64,000 nucleotides of DNA from the human T2T-CHM13v2.0 reference genome, Homo sapiens (GCF_009914755.1 NC_060926.1); one strand, 5' to 3'. Positions 26,245 to 46,880 are shown, numbered from the stretch's first letter. The notes: a model not told the origin generated them from the letters alone. Program-made: numbers and translations.

Positions 26245-26873
26245 TGTCCTACTCAGAACGGACAGCCAGACAAATGATGCCACAGGAGTACCACAGTCAT
26301 CCAAATTCTAGGGTGACCTTAGACATATACTAAACCCTACTCTTATAGTTTCAGAGATTGGTGCTTCCAGATGTGTGTGTGCAAGATTCTAGTATTTGCA
26401 GCATAACTCCCAAATGTTGAATATTTCACAAAACTGGTCTTAGGGTCAGAGCAGGACATTCCTACTCTAACACATTAGAGAATAAGAAAGGCTCACTAGT
26501 CATGAGATCATATAACATATAATGTATTTTCCACTGTTTCATTTATATTCCAACATTATTTATTCTATAAATATTATGGAGTTTTCTCAGTAGAAGGCCT
26601 AGAGAGGCTAAAATGCATTGACAAAATAGAAAAGTATTGATTCTAAAATTAATTCAACAAAAACAGGTGATAAAAAAATAAGTTATTATGCAATTAGCTT
26701 TACTACTCTCTACACAACTTTCAGGGATAATTTCAATTTTAACTGGAAGTAGAACTCTATGTCATTCTACCAACCCTTAAAGTCTTACAGATTCTAACTA
26801 GTTCTAGTCCTTTGCCCTCGTATCTCTGCCCATCTACTTATTATCTATCCCCTTGCAGCACTAAAGTGATTAC

Positions 26874-26956
26874 CTTACATAAATGCTCCTTTATGGTTTC
26901 GTCATCTCTCTTCACCACCTCCATCATTTCTTGGCCCCCAAGGTAGGCAGCATTAG
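26874..26956 (-). CDS. LDAH: LDAH penultimate coding exon (83 nt): (A)NAAYLGGQEMMEVVKRDDETIKEHLCK
   Basis: Acceptor ttttttaaatgtag|CT, donor AAG|gtaatc; phase 1 in, phase 0 out; joins in frame to 12404. Confidence 0.96.
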
Positions 26957-28142
26957 CTACATTTAAAAAATAAAAAGTCAAACATTTAGAATATATAGAA
27001 CAAACACAAATTTCAAATTAATTTTAGTAAATTCATGTTCCTCCTTTCTTTTGGCACGTGCTATCTGATGAGAGATACTGGTGAGGCCAACAGAGGAATG
27101 TGAGTCAGGCAACATGCACACAGTCTCTGGAAACAAGAGCATTTCATTTAAAAGAACCTTCTTCCAACCTCATCTGGCTTCTCCATAGCAAAAGTTTAAC
27201 AGTGCCACAGCCCAATGTCAGATACCACAGCAGATGATGTGTGCAATTTTACCAGACCAATATGTGCTATTTCGATTTAAGGCTTAGAAGTACAAATTGT
27301 TACCAATAAATCATGTATACCAAGAAAATGCAAACAGTTACTAACATGAAAATATACTGGCTTTTTTTTTTTTAAAGGAAACAACTAAAAGGATTATTTA
27401 TCTTTAAAAATACGTTTAAAGTTCTCCAGGAGTTTTCAATAGGGTTAGTCCCATTACACTGGCTGCAAAATAAGCAAAGTGATGCTCACTTTCAAGATGT
27501 CAAATACCTAGGAAAGAGGAAGAACGCCAGAGATAACATGAGTTTATGTGGCTTTCTTGTACTGGTAAGAAAATTTTCATTCAATGCTTTGTACCCTGAA
27601 TTCCATTTTGGCTGGTATTATTATTCTTATCTTGCTTTCTTTTTTGCCAGCATCTGTCCTTCCCTTCATTTTCAATCTTTTGTCATTTTGTTTCAAGTAT
27701 GTCTCTTGAAATCATGTAAGTGGACTTCTTTAAAAATGCAGTTTGAAAGTCTCTGTTTCTTAAATAGAAGGACTAAACATATTCACATATATTGAGATCA
27801 AAGCTATTTGGTCTGACGCCAGTCATCTTGCTTTATATACCCTACGCTTTCTTGTTATTTCTGCCTCTTATCTTTAGTGTGAATGATGAATTTTCCTCCC
27901 CACCCAGGATTTAACAAATTTCTTTTCATTAACAATCTGAAAGTATAAATTCCATTTTTATTTATCTAGTGGTTAGCCTTACCTAAAAACTGCAAACTTA
28001 CTTTTTATTTTCTCTTGCTGTCTGGAATTACTCATCTAAACAAGGCATGACCTTAGCATACTTGCACTTTCCCCATGCCTTCCTCCCATCCTGCCTCCAT
28101 CCCTGTTGCTTCAACCATCTGGAATTTTAGTTCCAGATTATT

Positions 28143-28439
<297 letters not shown>

Positions 28440-29109
28440 TAATTTTTACATTTTGCCTCTGCTTTCCTTGTTTAAAGTTTTATCAAGGTAACACACATAC
28501 ACATATATAGTTTCATATCAAATATCACAGAAATGGTTGTAGTGCCAAACCATAGTTTTCTTTTCCATCATTTCCCATTTCTAGACCCGTTTCCTAGAGG
28601 AAGCCTCTCTGAACTCTTTTAGCTGTCCTTCCACCAGTTATCTTCAAACCTCTAAACACTTACGATCATCTTGTCATTTCTTGATAACTTATTGATTACC
28701 CTTGCTGAGTTGCTATGAAAGATGAGGATTTAGCTCCCTTTTACAGCCCTACCATTCCTTCCTGCCATCTTCTCAACATGTTTATATCTTATTTTGAATT
28801 ATTCTATTCTTACTTAAATAATATACTTACACCTTTACTTCTGAATATTGTTCACTGCTGAGCCAAGTGGTATCTAGAACCACACTTCCACTCTTACACT
28901 TCCATTCTCTGTCCTCCAACATTTGTTTTCGTTACAGTTACCTTTTTTTCCCTCTTAACTCTACTCAATATTTTTCTGAGTCAATTCTTCCTGGAGACCT
29001 CCTTTCCAGGACCCTGAGACCTTCTGCTCTAACCTGGACCACTGTCGACTTAGAATTTCCCTTCACTGCCTTCTTGGGTTGTTCCTATTGTTTTCTAAGT
29101 CCCAGTTAA

Positions 29110-29460
29110 TTAACTCATTCATTTGTTTATTCATTCAAAGATGACTGAGCACCTACTTACTTTATGCCAGGCCTTATTTTAGGCGCTGGAGATGGAGCAA
29201 CAAACAAGACAGAAACACTATTCTTGAGCTTATATTTTAGTGTTGGGATGATAGATGGTGAGAAAGTGCTATGGAGAAAAATAAAATCAGCTTAGGAGAT
29301 AAGTCTGTGCAGTGACAGAGGTGGCCTATTTTATGTAAAATTCACTGAAAAGACCTCCCTGATAAGGGGATGTGTGAACAGAGAAGAACTTGAATGAAAT
29401 GAGAAAATGGACCATGCAGATACTTGGGTTAGCAGCACTCTAGACAGAGAATAGGGTAGG
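29110..29460 (-). mobile_element. L2 3' end
   Basis: tcattcatttgtttattcattcaaa...gagcacctact...tgccaggcc. Confidence 0.75.
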
Positions 29461-31214
29461 AGATGCTCCCTTAAATATAGCCATGATATAATCCTAAAAA
29501 GTAGCACTTTAATCATTCTTGTCTGTCTGTGATATTAGCATGAGTACATATAGGAGTAAATATTCTGCATTTTCTTGGCCTAATCTCCTAAATCAGAACA
29601 GGATATTTAGTCGCAGTTATATACTAAGAAGCTGGACTATAAGACTCTAAGTCCCGGTTCCAAAATCAGAACTGTCTTTGTTTTACTATATTTCAGGGAA
29701 TTTATAAGGACCAACTAAATTAAAGCAACAGAGATTTGATTAATACATTATGGTCTATTCACTAAATTAATTATTCTATAACCTATTAAAAATTATCCTG
29801 CAGAATATATAATGTCAAATACATATTTAAAAATAATAGTAACTGACAAAAAACAAACCATGAAATAGTACAGTATGATCCCACTATTGTAAAGATACAT
29901 TATGTGTATGGTACAGATTTATTTGAAAAGATAAACAATAAAATAATAACACGTTATCTCTGGTTGATGGAATCCCAGGTGATCTGCCTGTCCTTTCTTC
30001 TCCTCTCACTTCCCTGCCTCCCTTTCAAATAGGTTATAGTTTCTTTCTTTGTACATCATTTTGTCTTTCCTAGAATTATTTGTTGCCTTTACTTGATTTT
30101 CTTTTCTCATGAGTAGACAATGAAAATTCTTTCTTCAAAAATGCATCAGATTTTATTCCCAAATGTACAAACACATCCAATAATTCATTTATTCTGTCCC
30201 TCCCCCCACAGAGCCTTCCATTCTTTTGATCCAATCTTGGACGGGTTGCTCTCCAGGCCTGCTGCATAGCTGTCATCCTTGGACTTCCCTTTGCCACTTC
30301 TCTGGACTGGATTCCCTGTTTTATGGATTCTGTTCATGACTTTCTCATTCTTGGTTTATTCCCTTACTTTACTGAAGCACATTTTCCAGTAACTAATAAA
30401 AAGATACACAGGAATTTTTATAGATGTTTACATGTCTAATTTTTGTTTCTTTTCCCACATGAATCACATAGTTTGGCTGTATATAGAATTTTAAGCTGAA
30501 AGGGGCTTACCCTCAAGTTTATTATCTTCCAGCATCCAAGGTTTATGATTTCAATTTTAGTTTCTTGGAATGTGACTACTTCCCTTTGTCCTGCCCCTAT
30601 CCCATCTCCTTATCCTCAAACTCAGCTGTCTTAGCTCTAGAATCCTGAAGTTTCATAGGAATATGCCCTAATACAAGTCTTCTATTCCTTAATTAGACTG
30701 GAAATCCAGTGGGCCCATTCACTGTTTGGACTTACCAACTTTCTTTCTGGAAAATTTTCTTTTATTATTTCTTTGGTAATTTCTTCCCCTGTTTTCTCCA
30801 TCCCCTCTTTCTGGAACTCCTACTAGTAGGGTATTGGCTCTCTTAGACTAATCCTCTGTCATTTTTCTTCTATAGCCTTTCTCTTTTTCAATTTGTATTA
30901 TTTTCTAAGAGACTAGTTAGAATACTATTATATTGTCTAGTGGGGGAGAGAATGAGACTTAAAGTGCTTATAGTATGAAAAAGAATAAATGATCAAAGAC
31001 ATAATTTTTCCTACTATAAACATGTGCTCTGTATATAAAATGCAGAAATTATATGAGTAGAAGAAATGATTAGCAAGAACTTAGTGAAAAATAATCAATA
31101 TTACTATTTTGATGACTTCATTTAAATCTTTAAAATTTTATTGTTAAGTCTTAGTTTTCACATAGTTATACCGCATATGAAATTTAAAATTTTGCCTCTG
31201 AGCACATTCTAGAG

Positions 31215-31416
31215 TAGTGCTATGCAATATAACTTTCTGTGATGGTGGAAATGTTCCCTGTGCTATCCAACCAATACAAAGGCCCTTGGCTAGATGTGCC
31301 TCTTGAACACCTGAAATGTGGCCAGGGCAATAAGGAACTGAAATTTCAATTTTATTTAATTCATTTACATTTAAATAGCCACATATGGCTAATGTCTACC
31401 TTACTGAGCAGTGAAG
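31215..31416. mobile_element. MER3 hAT-Charlie element with 8-bp TSD ttctagag
   Basis: aactttctgtgatggtggaaatgttc...ttaaatagccacatatggcta; ttctagag at 31207-31214 and 31421-31428, the right copy preceded by a 4-nt slippage. Confidence 0.8.
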
Positions 31417-32216
31417 TTCTTTCTAGAGCTACAAATAAGGCCGACCTTACAGAGCTAAGAAATGGATTAGATATTAGGAGAAGGTGAAGGAATGAAAAAT
31501 GAATATTAGTGGGGGCTTAGGAGAAAAAAAAGTTTGGGGAACACCATGAGGAAAAGACAGATTTTATTGAAAGAGAAATTCTCATTTTCTTTATAACTCC
31601 CATTAGCCTTCTCTACAAAATCTGATCCCAACCTATGTTGAAGCTTGGCTTCATTTAAAGACTCATGCTTTCCAGTGAATGTGAGCTACTTATCCTCTAA
31701 ACACATAAAATTTGCATCCTCAGCCATTTTGTTCATGGCATTCTGTCTACTTGAAGTCTTCCCACCCATCCTTTGTCTTGGCTTAGATGCTCTGTCTTTT
31801 CGCTACCTTGCTCTAACACTCCAATCTGTTAATAAAGACTGCTGAATTATCGATATAGAAGCCAAACCTGTTTAAACTGTTATTGGTTCCCAAAAATCTC
31901 AACTGAATTTTAATTTCAAATGGAAATGATTTTCCATAGTTCTACTTCTGAACAAGATGGAGTAAGAGGGACTGGATTTACCCTCCTACCTAAAATCCTG
32001 AAACAACTAAAAAAAAAAAAAAAGATAAAATACATGAAGAAAAAAGTTTTCAAGACACTGGATATTGGGCAACAAAAAGACAGCAATCCCTGAGAAAAGA
32101 GAAACGAATGAGAGGAGTCTTATGATTGTCTCAGCTTATCATTTGAAAAGTTTTCAGGCTACAGTGCAAGAAGGAGAAGTACAAGCAGAGCTTGGTAATC
32201 TCCCTCAGTTGATAAG

Positions 32217-32796
32217 TGCATTAATTGTTTTTTATTGTCTTCATTTTATGATGCTTTGACATCTTGGAGGCCTTGCTTGTCGGGGAGAGGCTGCCCCTCC
32301 CATGACTAGCTAAATTCTTAGAGATAGCAAATGATTCCACGGTGAACATTTCTTTCATATTGAGCAAACAACCAATCCAAAGGCCATACCCACCAACCAC
32401 CTCCCTTAGAAAACTCTCACACAACAAGCCAAATACTCTAAATCACTCTAAATCCTGCTGGGAATTATTTCAGGGCTGGACACAAGACATCTAGGAACTA
32501 CTCCTATAGCTCAAAGCCCACCAAAATTTTTCATACCAGCCAATCCTAACTAAACCTGCTCAGCTGCCTAAACTGCCTCATCCCTTCCTTCCCATGGGGA
32601 CCACAATGAAGGCTCTGGGCCATGCTCTCCTGTGCTCCTTCTGCCTCCTTCCCCAACTGGGTGCTTCCCCATGAGGCCCTGCCTAGTGTGCAATGCCCCC
32701 TCCTTTCAAGAATTCTAAGTAGCTCTTCTTTCAAAGGCAGTTGTCTCCATGCTTGCCATGTTAACACACCTGATTAAAACAATGCATTTGTAATCA
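32217..32796 (+). mobile_element. MER74-like ERVL solo LTR
   Basis: ttttatgatgctttgacatcttgg...ctgcccctccc...agagatagcaaa...aaccaatccaaaggccatacc. Confidence 0.75.
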
Positions 32797-33082
32797 AGGA
32801 GATAGAGGTGATAGTTTGGGGAGGCTACCGCAGTGGTTTTTGGTAGGGCAGAGTTGTAGAAGGAGAAAGCTGTAGTGAGTGAGAGAACGCTCCAGAGATC
32901 TGCAGAGGGGACCCCCTGAATTTCAGCTAGGTGCAGATCAGCACAATTGTATGAGAAATTTTGAGAAGCTGGGTGAAGGAATCATCTGAAAGAATTAGAG
33001 GGAATAATCCCTGAATTGAGAATAGTCACTGTTTCTACCAGTCCACCAGAGAACGTCACAACCAACAATGCATCCACTAGAG

Positions 33083-33567
33083 CAGCACCAGTACTGTGTC
33101 ACACGGCAGGAGGTGAGCAGCAGGCAAGCAAGTGAAGCTTTATCTGTATTTACAGGCATTCCCCATTGCTTGCATTACTGCCTAAGCTCCACCGCCTGTC
33201 AGATCACTGGCAGCATTAGATTCTCAGAGGAGTGCAAACCATATTGTGAACTGAGCATGCAAGGGATCTAGGTTGCGTGCTCCTTATGATAATCTAATGC
33301 CTGATCATCTGTCACTGTCCCCCATCACCCTCAGATGGGATTGTCTAGCTGCAGGAAAAGAAGCTCAGGGCTCCCTCCCACTTTTCTACATTATGGTGAG
33401 TTGTATAATTATTTCATTATATATTAACATTTAATAATAATGGAAATAAAGTACACAATAAATGTAATGTGCTTGAATCATCCCCAAACCATTCCCCCAG
33501 CCTGGTCCAGGGAAAAAGTGTCTTCCACAAAACCGGTCCCTGGTTCCAAAAAGGTTGGGGACTGGTA
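33083..33567 (+). mobile_element. MER1A hAT-Charlie element
   Basis: cagcattagattctca...gggatctaggttgcgtgctccttatga...aaaccggtccctggttccaaaaaggttgggga; flanks cactagag/aactagag. Confidence 0.85.
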
Positions 33568-34343
33568 ACTAGAGAACTCAGAGAGGTTTTTGCCTTGGTG
33601 GTGGAGTAAAATTAGCCCTAAACCAAATGCCATTCTGGTACCAACTAACAGCCTAGAAGCAAGACCAGAAAGTATCAAACCGTCTCCAAATAACAAAACT
33701 GTGTCCCATAACACAGCTCAATAATATTTATAGAAGTACAAAAATATCCAGCATCTGACAAGGTAAAATTCAGAATGTAAGCTATCCAATAAAAAATTAT
33801 CATGCATGCAATGCAAGAAAATACAACCCAAATGAGGAGAAAAACTGATCAGTCAAAACTGATGCAGAAATGACAAAGATAATAAAATTAATAAACATTC
33901 AACAACTGGAACTTGGACAAGTGGATATACATGTGCAAAAGAAGGAAGCTGGATCACTACCTCACATGACATAGGAAATAAATTCAGAATGGATCATAGC
34001 CCTAAATGTAACAACTAAAACTATAAAACTCTCAGTAGGAAAGAGAAATACATCTTTGTGACCTTAGATTACAGAATGGTTTGTAACTATGACATCAAAA
34101 GCACAAGTGACAAAAATAAATAAATAAATTGGACTTCATCAAAACTAACACTTTTATGCTTTAAAGGACACCATCAAGAAAGTAAAAAGACAATCTAAAG
34201 AATGGGAAAAGATCATATGTCTGATAAAGATCTCTAGCCATAATATATAAAGAACTCTTACAAATCAATAATAAAGACAATCTGATTGAAAATGGGCAAA
34301 GGATTGCAACAGACATTTCTAAATATCTTCTTAAGAAGATGTA

Positions 34344-34686
34344 CAGGTTGAGTATCCCTAATGTAAAAACATAAAATCTGAAATCTTCCAAAATTCAGCT
34401 TTTTGAGTGCCAACATGATGCTACAAGTGGAAAATTTCACACATGACTATATGTAATGGGTTGCAGTCAAAACTTTCTTCATGCACAAAATTAAAAATAT
34501 TGTGCAGTTACCTTCAGGCTATGTGTATGAGGTGTATATAAAATATAAGTAAATTTTGTGTTTAGACTTGGGTCCCATTCCCAAAATATCTCATTATGTA
34601 TATGCAAATATTTCCAAATCCAAAAAAAATCCCATATCCTAAACACTTCTCATCTCAAGCATTTCAGATAAGGGATATTCAATCTG
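34344..34686. mobile_element. Tigger4/MER46 (Zombi) TcMar DNA transposon
   Basis: Terminal inverted repeats caggttgagtatcccta / taagggatattcaatctg, flanked by TA on both sides. Confidence 0.88.
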
Positions 34687-35850
34687 TACAAATGGCCAAT
34701 AAGCATGTGAAAAGATGTTCAACATCATTAGTCATCAAGGAAATATAATCAAAACCACAATGAGATACTACTTCACTAGGATGGCTATAATAAAAAAAGA
34801 CAAACAATAACCAGTGTTGACAAGATGTGGAGAAACTGTAACCCTCATGTCTTGTTGTTAGAATTATAAACTGGTACAGGAACTTTGGAAAACTGTTTGG
34901 CAGTTCCCTAAAATATTAAATACAGAGTTACCATATTACCCAGCAATTCCACCTATAGACAAGAGAATTAGAAACATAAGTCCACAAAAAACTTGTACAT
35001 GAGTGTTTACAGCAATATTATTCATAATAGTCAAAGAGTGCAAACAATCTGAATGTCCACCAATTGATGAATGGAAAGACAAAACATGGTAAAGTCATGC
35101 AACGAAATATTATTCATCAATAAAAAGTAATGAAGCACTGGCACATGCTAAACCATGAAAAAACCCTGAAAACATTATGCTAAGTGAAAGAAGCAAGTCA
35201 CACTCCAAGATATCAGACTTTGTGGGACAGGGCCAAAGCAGTAGTTAGAGAGAAATTTATAACGCTAAAAACTTACATTACAAAATCAATTATTTCAGTT
35301 TCCATTGCAAGAAACTAGAAAGAGAAGAGCAGTTAACTCTGAAGTAGGCAGGAAATAAAGTTCACACCAGAAATTAATGCAATTAATTAATGAAATTGAA
35401 GCCAATAAAATAATCAAGAAAATAAATGGAACTAAAAGCTGGTTCTTCAATAAAACAATCAAATTGATAAGTGTTTAGCCAGATTGATCAGGGAAAAAAA
35501 TGTGAGAAGACAAAAGATATTAAGATATTACAAATATCAGGAAAGAGAGAGGTGACATCTCTGCAGATTCCAGATATCAAAAGGATAATCACATAATTTT
35601 GTGAAAAACTTTATGTCATGAATGTAGACACCTTGGACAAAATGGACAAAGTCTGCACAAAGACAAAAATGTTAAGCTTACTCAAAAAGAAACAGATACC
35701 CTGAATAGTCTTACATATATTAAAGAAATGGAATTTGTAATTTAAAATCTCTTCACAAAGAAAACCCCAGGCCAAGATGATTTCATTAGTCAATTCAATG
35801 AACAATTAAGGAAGAAATATTGATTCTACATAAACTCTTCCCAGAAATGA

Positions 35851-35888
35851 CTATATATATGACTCACCCCGGACTATATATATATAGG

Positions 35889-35924
<36 letters not shown>

Positions 35925-36075
35925 GATATATATATATAGATATATAGTATACATATATATACACATATATATTATACATATATATACACATATATATTAT
36001 ACATATATACACATATATTATACATATATATACATATATATTATACACATATACATATATATACACATATATATG
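35851..36075. repeat. Compound (TA)n/(TG)n/(TATACA)n microsatellite
   Basis: Directly visible. Confidence 0.95.
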
Positions 36076-36426
36076 ACTATTTTGTTTTTGGCATAGGTAG
36101 CACTTCAAAACAGTGGGAAAAAGACAGTTTGTGGTAAGCAGAATTCTAAGACGTCTTTCAAATATTTGACCCTGTGAATATGACATATTACTCCTATGAT
36201 AGGTCATGTTATCTGGCAGAGTTGACTTTAAGAAGGGAGGATTATGCTAGTGGGCCCAGCCTAACCTATTCACATGTGCCCTTTAAAATCTGAGTTTTCT
36301 CTGGTTGGTTGCAGAAAGGAAGTCAGAGATTTGGAGCACTAGAAGGATTAAATGCACCATAGTAGGTATGAAGATGGAACTCACATGGAAAGGACCTGAG
36401 AGTGGCCTTTAAAGAGTAGAGAAGTG

Positions 36427-42049
<5,623 letters not shown>

Positions 42050-43082
42050 GAGTAGAGAAGCACCCTGGCTGACAGCCAGCAAGAAAACATGGACCTCAGT
42101 CTAAAGCCACACAAAATGGATGTCTTGCCAACAATCTGAGCAATTTCGGAATTGGATTTTTTTTTCCCAGAGCCTCCAGACAAGAAGAGCCTGGCTGACA
42201 ACTTGATTTGAGCATGAACTCCTTACCTACATACTGTGAGTTAATAAAAGGGTGTTGTTTTAAGATACTAAGCTTGTGTTCATTTGTTACACAGCAAGAA
42301 AAAATTAATAAATGGTCTTTTCACTAAATGATGATGGGTCAACTGGATAGTCCTATGGAGAAGAAAAGACAAACTTGATTTCTACCTTCAACTTTACATA
42401 AAAATCAATTGTAGGTGGGCTGTAGATCAAAAGGTAAAAGGCAAAAGAATTAAATTTCTAGAAGATAACATAGGAGAATATTTCATAACTTTGGGGTAGG
42501 AAAAGATTCCTTTAGTAGGACACTACAACACTAACCACAAAAGATTGTTAAATTACATTAAAATTAGAATTTTTTTCCAGCAAAAAGACCATATTAAGAG
42601 ACTAATGAGACAATCCACAGAGTGGAAGAAGATATGTGCCATATGTCAAAGGTACTGGTATCTGGAATTTATCTTAAAACTTCTACAAACCAGTAAGAAA
42701 AAGGCTGGAAACCAAACATCAAGATGGGCAATAGACAAGAGCAGAAATTTCAGAAGTTACTCAAATTATGAAAAAGTACTCACCCTCATTAGCTATCATG
42801 GAAATGTAAATTCAAAAATCTGAAACTCTTCCAATATGATATATGCTGGAGTGCCAAATGGACTCACAGACAAACTGACTACCACAAGAACAGGTCAATC
42901 TTTGATTTACATGCTTTTCTGCCTCTATGAAAGAAAACATTATCAAATTTAAAAGTAAATTCTTTTATTATTTTTTGTAACATCAGAAATTCAAAATGTA
43001 GGGGGAGAATGGAGTTAATGTGTACATGTTTTGTATTTGTTTCTTTTCTCTTGTTTTTGTGATCAAAGTTAGGTTGCTATCA

Positions 43083-43240
43083 GTGTGTGTGTGTGTCTGT
43101 GTGTGTTTGAGACAAGGTCTCACTCTGTCACCTAAGCTGGAGTGCAGTGGTGCAATCACAGATCACTGCAGCCTTGACCTGCTGGGCTCTAGAGATCTTC
43201 CCACGTTAGCCTTCAATTAGCTGGGACTACAGGAGTGCTT
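43083..43240 (-). mobile_element. AluJ/FRAM right-arm fragment with (TG)n tail
   Basis: (tg)n then ttgagacaaggtctcactctgtcacc...gctgggactacagg. Confidence 0.85.
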
Positions 43241-46200
43241 ACAAAAACATTAGCTTAGTTATAGGTAACTTCTTATAACTATAAAATGTTTTTGTAAGCA
43301 CTATAGTAACCCAAAGCAAAAACCTAAAATATAATAAAAATCAAAAGCAATGAGTTAAAACACACTACCAGAGAAAATCACAACCACAAATAAAGAGAGT
43401 AAGAAAGGAAGACAGGGTTACAAAACAACAAGCAAACAAGTAAAACGACAGTATTAAGTCCTTACCTATCAATAATAACATTGAATGTAAATCAACTAAA
43501 TTCTCCAATTAAGACATAGAATGGCTGAATGGATTAAAAAACAAGACCCAAATATATGCTGCCTACAAGAAACTTATCTCACCTATAAAGATACCCATAG
43601 AGTAAAAGTGAAGAGATGGAAAAAGATACTCCATGCAAATGGAACTTTAAAAAGAGCAGGAATAGCTATATTTATAGCACATAAAATAGACTTTAAGTCA
43701 AAAACTATAAAAAGAGACAAAAAAGGCCATTATATAATTATAAAGATATCAATTCAGCAAGACGATATTACATTAATAAATATATATGTACCTAACACCA
43801 GAACACCCAAATATACAAAACAAATGTTAACAGAAATAAAGGGAGAGGTAGACTGCAATACAGTAATAGTAAGGGACTTCAGCACCTTGCTTTTGGCAAT
43901 AGATAGATTATCCAGGCAGAAAATTAACAAAGAAACATTGCAGTTAAACTATACTCTAGACCAAATGGACCTAACAGACATTTATGAGCATTTCATCCAA
44001 CTACTGCAGAACACACATTTTTCTCATCAGTGCATGGAACATTCTCCAGCATAGGGCATATGTTAGGTCACCAAAAAGTCTCAACAAATTTAAAAGAATA
44101 GAAATCATATTAAGTATATTTTCTGACCACAATGGAATAAAACTAGAATCTTTGCAAAGAGGAACTTTGAAAACTGTACAAATACATGGAAATTAAACAA
44201 CATGCTCCCAAATGACCAATGGGTCAATGAAGAAATTATGAGAGAAATTTTTTAAAAACTCTTAAAACAAATGAAAATGGAAACACAATATACCAGAACC
44301 TATGGGATACAGCAAAAGTAGGACTAAGAGGGAAGTTTATAGCAATAAATGCCTATGTCAAAAAAATACAGGCTTCAAATAAATAACCTAATGATACACT
44401 TCAAGGAACCAGAAAAGCAAGAACAAATCAAACCTAAAATTTGTAGAATAAAAAAAATAATAAAGATCAGAACAGAAATAAATAAAATGGAGACTAAAAA
44501 ACCACAAAAGATCAATAAAATGAAAAAGTTTTTTTTTTTTTTTTAAAGATAGACAATACCAACATGCTGGAAAACCCAAATAGGTAAAATCAGAGACAAA
44601 AAAGGAAACATTACAACTGGTACCAGAAAAATAGAAAGGATCACTAGAGACTACTATCAACAGCTACATGCCAATGAACTGGAAAACCTACAAGTAATGG
44701 ATAAATTCCTGGAAAAATACAATCTACTAAAATTGAAACAAAGAAATAGAAAAACAGACAAATAATGAGTAAGATCTAAATAATAATAATAAGTCTCCCA
44801 TGAAAGGAAAGTCCAGGACCTGATAGAAACACTGCTGAATTCTACCAAACATCTGAAGAAGAACTAATACCAATTCTACTCAAACTACTTTAAAAAATTG
44901 AAGAGGAGGGAATATTTCCAAACTCATTCTATGAGGCCAGCATTACCATGATACCAAGACCAGACAAGAATATAACAGAAAACCACAGGCCAATATAACT
45001 GATGAGCATAAATGCAAAAATCCTCAACAAAATACTAGCAAACTGAATTCAGTAACACATTGAAAAGATCACCATGATCATGTGGAATTCAGCCCAGGGA
45101 GGCAAGGATGGTTCAGCATACACAAATCAATAAACATGATACATCACATCAATAGAATCAAGAACAGAAACCATATGATTGTTTCAATACATGCTGGAAA
45201 AGTGTTTGATAAAATTCAACATCCCTCCATAATAAAAACTCTCAACAAACGGGGTATAGAAAAAACATACCTCAATACCATAAGGGCAATATATGACAGA
45301 CTCACAGCTAATATCACACTGAACAGTGAACAAAGTATTTCCACTAACATCTAACAAGACAAGATGCCCATTTTCACCACTTCAACTCAACATAGTATTA
45401 GAAGTCCTAGATAGAGCAATTAGGCAAGAGAAAGAAACAAAGAGTATCCAAATTGGAAAGGAAGAAGTCAAATTAACCTTGTTTGCAGATGACATGATCT
45501 TTTATTTAGTAAAACCTAAAGACTCCATCAAAAAACTCTCAGAACTGATAAATAAAGATAGTAAAGTTGCAGGATACAAAATCAACATACAAAAATCAGC
45601 AGTGTTTATATACGTTTACAGTGATCAATCTGAAAAAGTAATCAAGAAAGCAATCCTATTTACAATAGCTACTAAAAAATACCTAGGAATAAATTTAACA
45701 AAAGAAGTGAATTTAACAAAACAAGTTTTTCTTTATAAGGAAAACTATAAAACACTGATGAAAGAAATGGAAAGGACACACACACAAAGGAAAAGATATC
45801 CCATGCTCATGGATTGGAAGGGTTAATATCATTGAAATGTTATATGACCCAAAGCAATCTACAGATTCAATGCAATCTCTCTCAAAATACTAATGACATG
45901 CTTCACAGAAATGGAGAAAACAATCCTAAAATTTGTATGGAATCCCAAAAGACGCCGAATTGCTAAGGAATCCTAAGGAAAGGAAAAAACAAAAACAAAA
46001 AAACAAAGCTGGAAGCATCATACTACCTGACTTTAAATCATGCTACAAAGCTATAGTAATTAAATCAACATGATACTGGCATAAAAGCAGACACAGACCA
46101 ATGGAATGTAATAGAGAACTCAGAAATAAATCAGTATACTTACAGCCAACTTGTTTTCAACAAAGGCACTAAGAACACACATTGGGGAAAGGATAGTCTC

Positions 46201-46718
46201 TCTAATAAACATTATTGAAACTAGATATCCATATGCAGAAGAATGAAGCTAGATCGATCCTATCTTTTACCATATACAAAAATCAACTCAAATGGATTAA
46301 AGACTTTAATAGGACATGAAACTACTAAAAGAAAACATTAGGGGGAATGCTACAGGACATTGGTCTGGGGAAAGATTTTTTTCGGGTAAGACCTCAAAAA
46401 CACAGGCAACAAAAGCGAAAAATAGACAAATGGGATTACACCAAGCTAAAAAGCTACACATAGAAAAGTAAACAATCAACAAAGTGAAGAAACAGTCTAC
46501 AGCATGGGAGAAAATATTTGCAAACTATCCATCTAACAAGGGATTAATAACCAGGATATTTAGGGAACTCAAACAACTCAATAGCATGATGACAAATAAT
46601 CTGAATAAAACATGGACCAAAGACCTGAATAGAAATTTCTCAAAGGAAGACATACAAATGGCCAACAAGTACATAAAAAATGCTCAGCATCACTATCAGG
46701 AAAATGCAAATCAAAACC

Positions 46719-46880
46719 AAGACTACAAATTAAGTTCACTATATACTGCTTGGGTGATGGGTGGACCAAAATCTCACAAATCACCACTAAAGAACTTACT
46801 CGTGTAACCAAATACCACCTGTTCCCCAAAATCTATGGAAATAAAACATTAAAAACAAACCAACAAACAAAAAAAAAACC
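46719..46880 (+). mobile_element. Short L1PB1-like 3' end inserted in the L1MA
   Basis: gactacaaat...aaaatctcacaaatcaccactaaagaactta...tatggaaataaaa plus A-rich tail; interrupts the host atgcaaatcaaaacc|acaat motif. Confidence 0.8.

Larger units (their letters stand above)
31940..35850 (+). mobile_element. Fragmented old L1M pieces (5' end, ORF2 and 3' UTR fragments) hosting younger insertions
   Basis: acttctgaacaagatggagtaa (L1M 5' end); ORF2-like and L1MB 3' UTR motifs (cccagcaattccac, atgctaagtgaaagaagc). Confidence 0.7.

Noticed and set aside
35851-36207. 118-aa Tyr/Ile-rich ORF
   Set aside because: Translation of a TA/CA microsatellite
43521-46807. Endonuclease/RT-like ORFs
   Set aside because: Decayed L1MA ORF2 pieces
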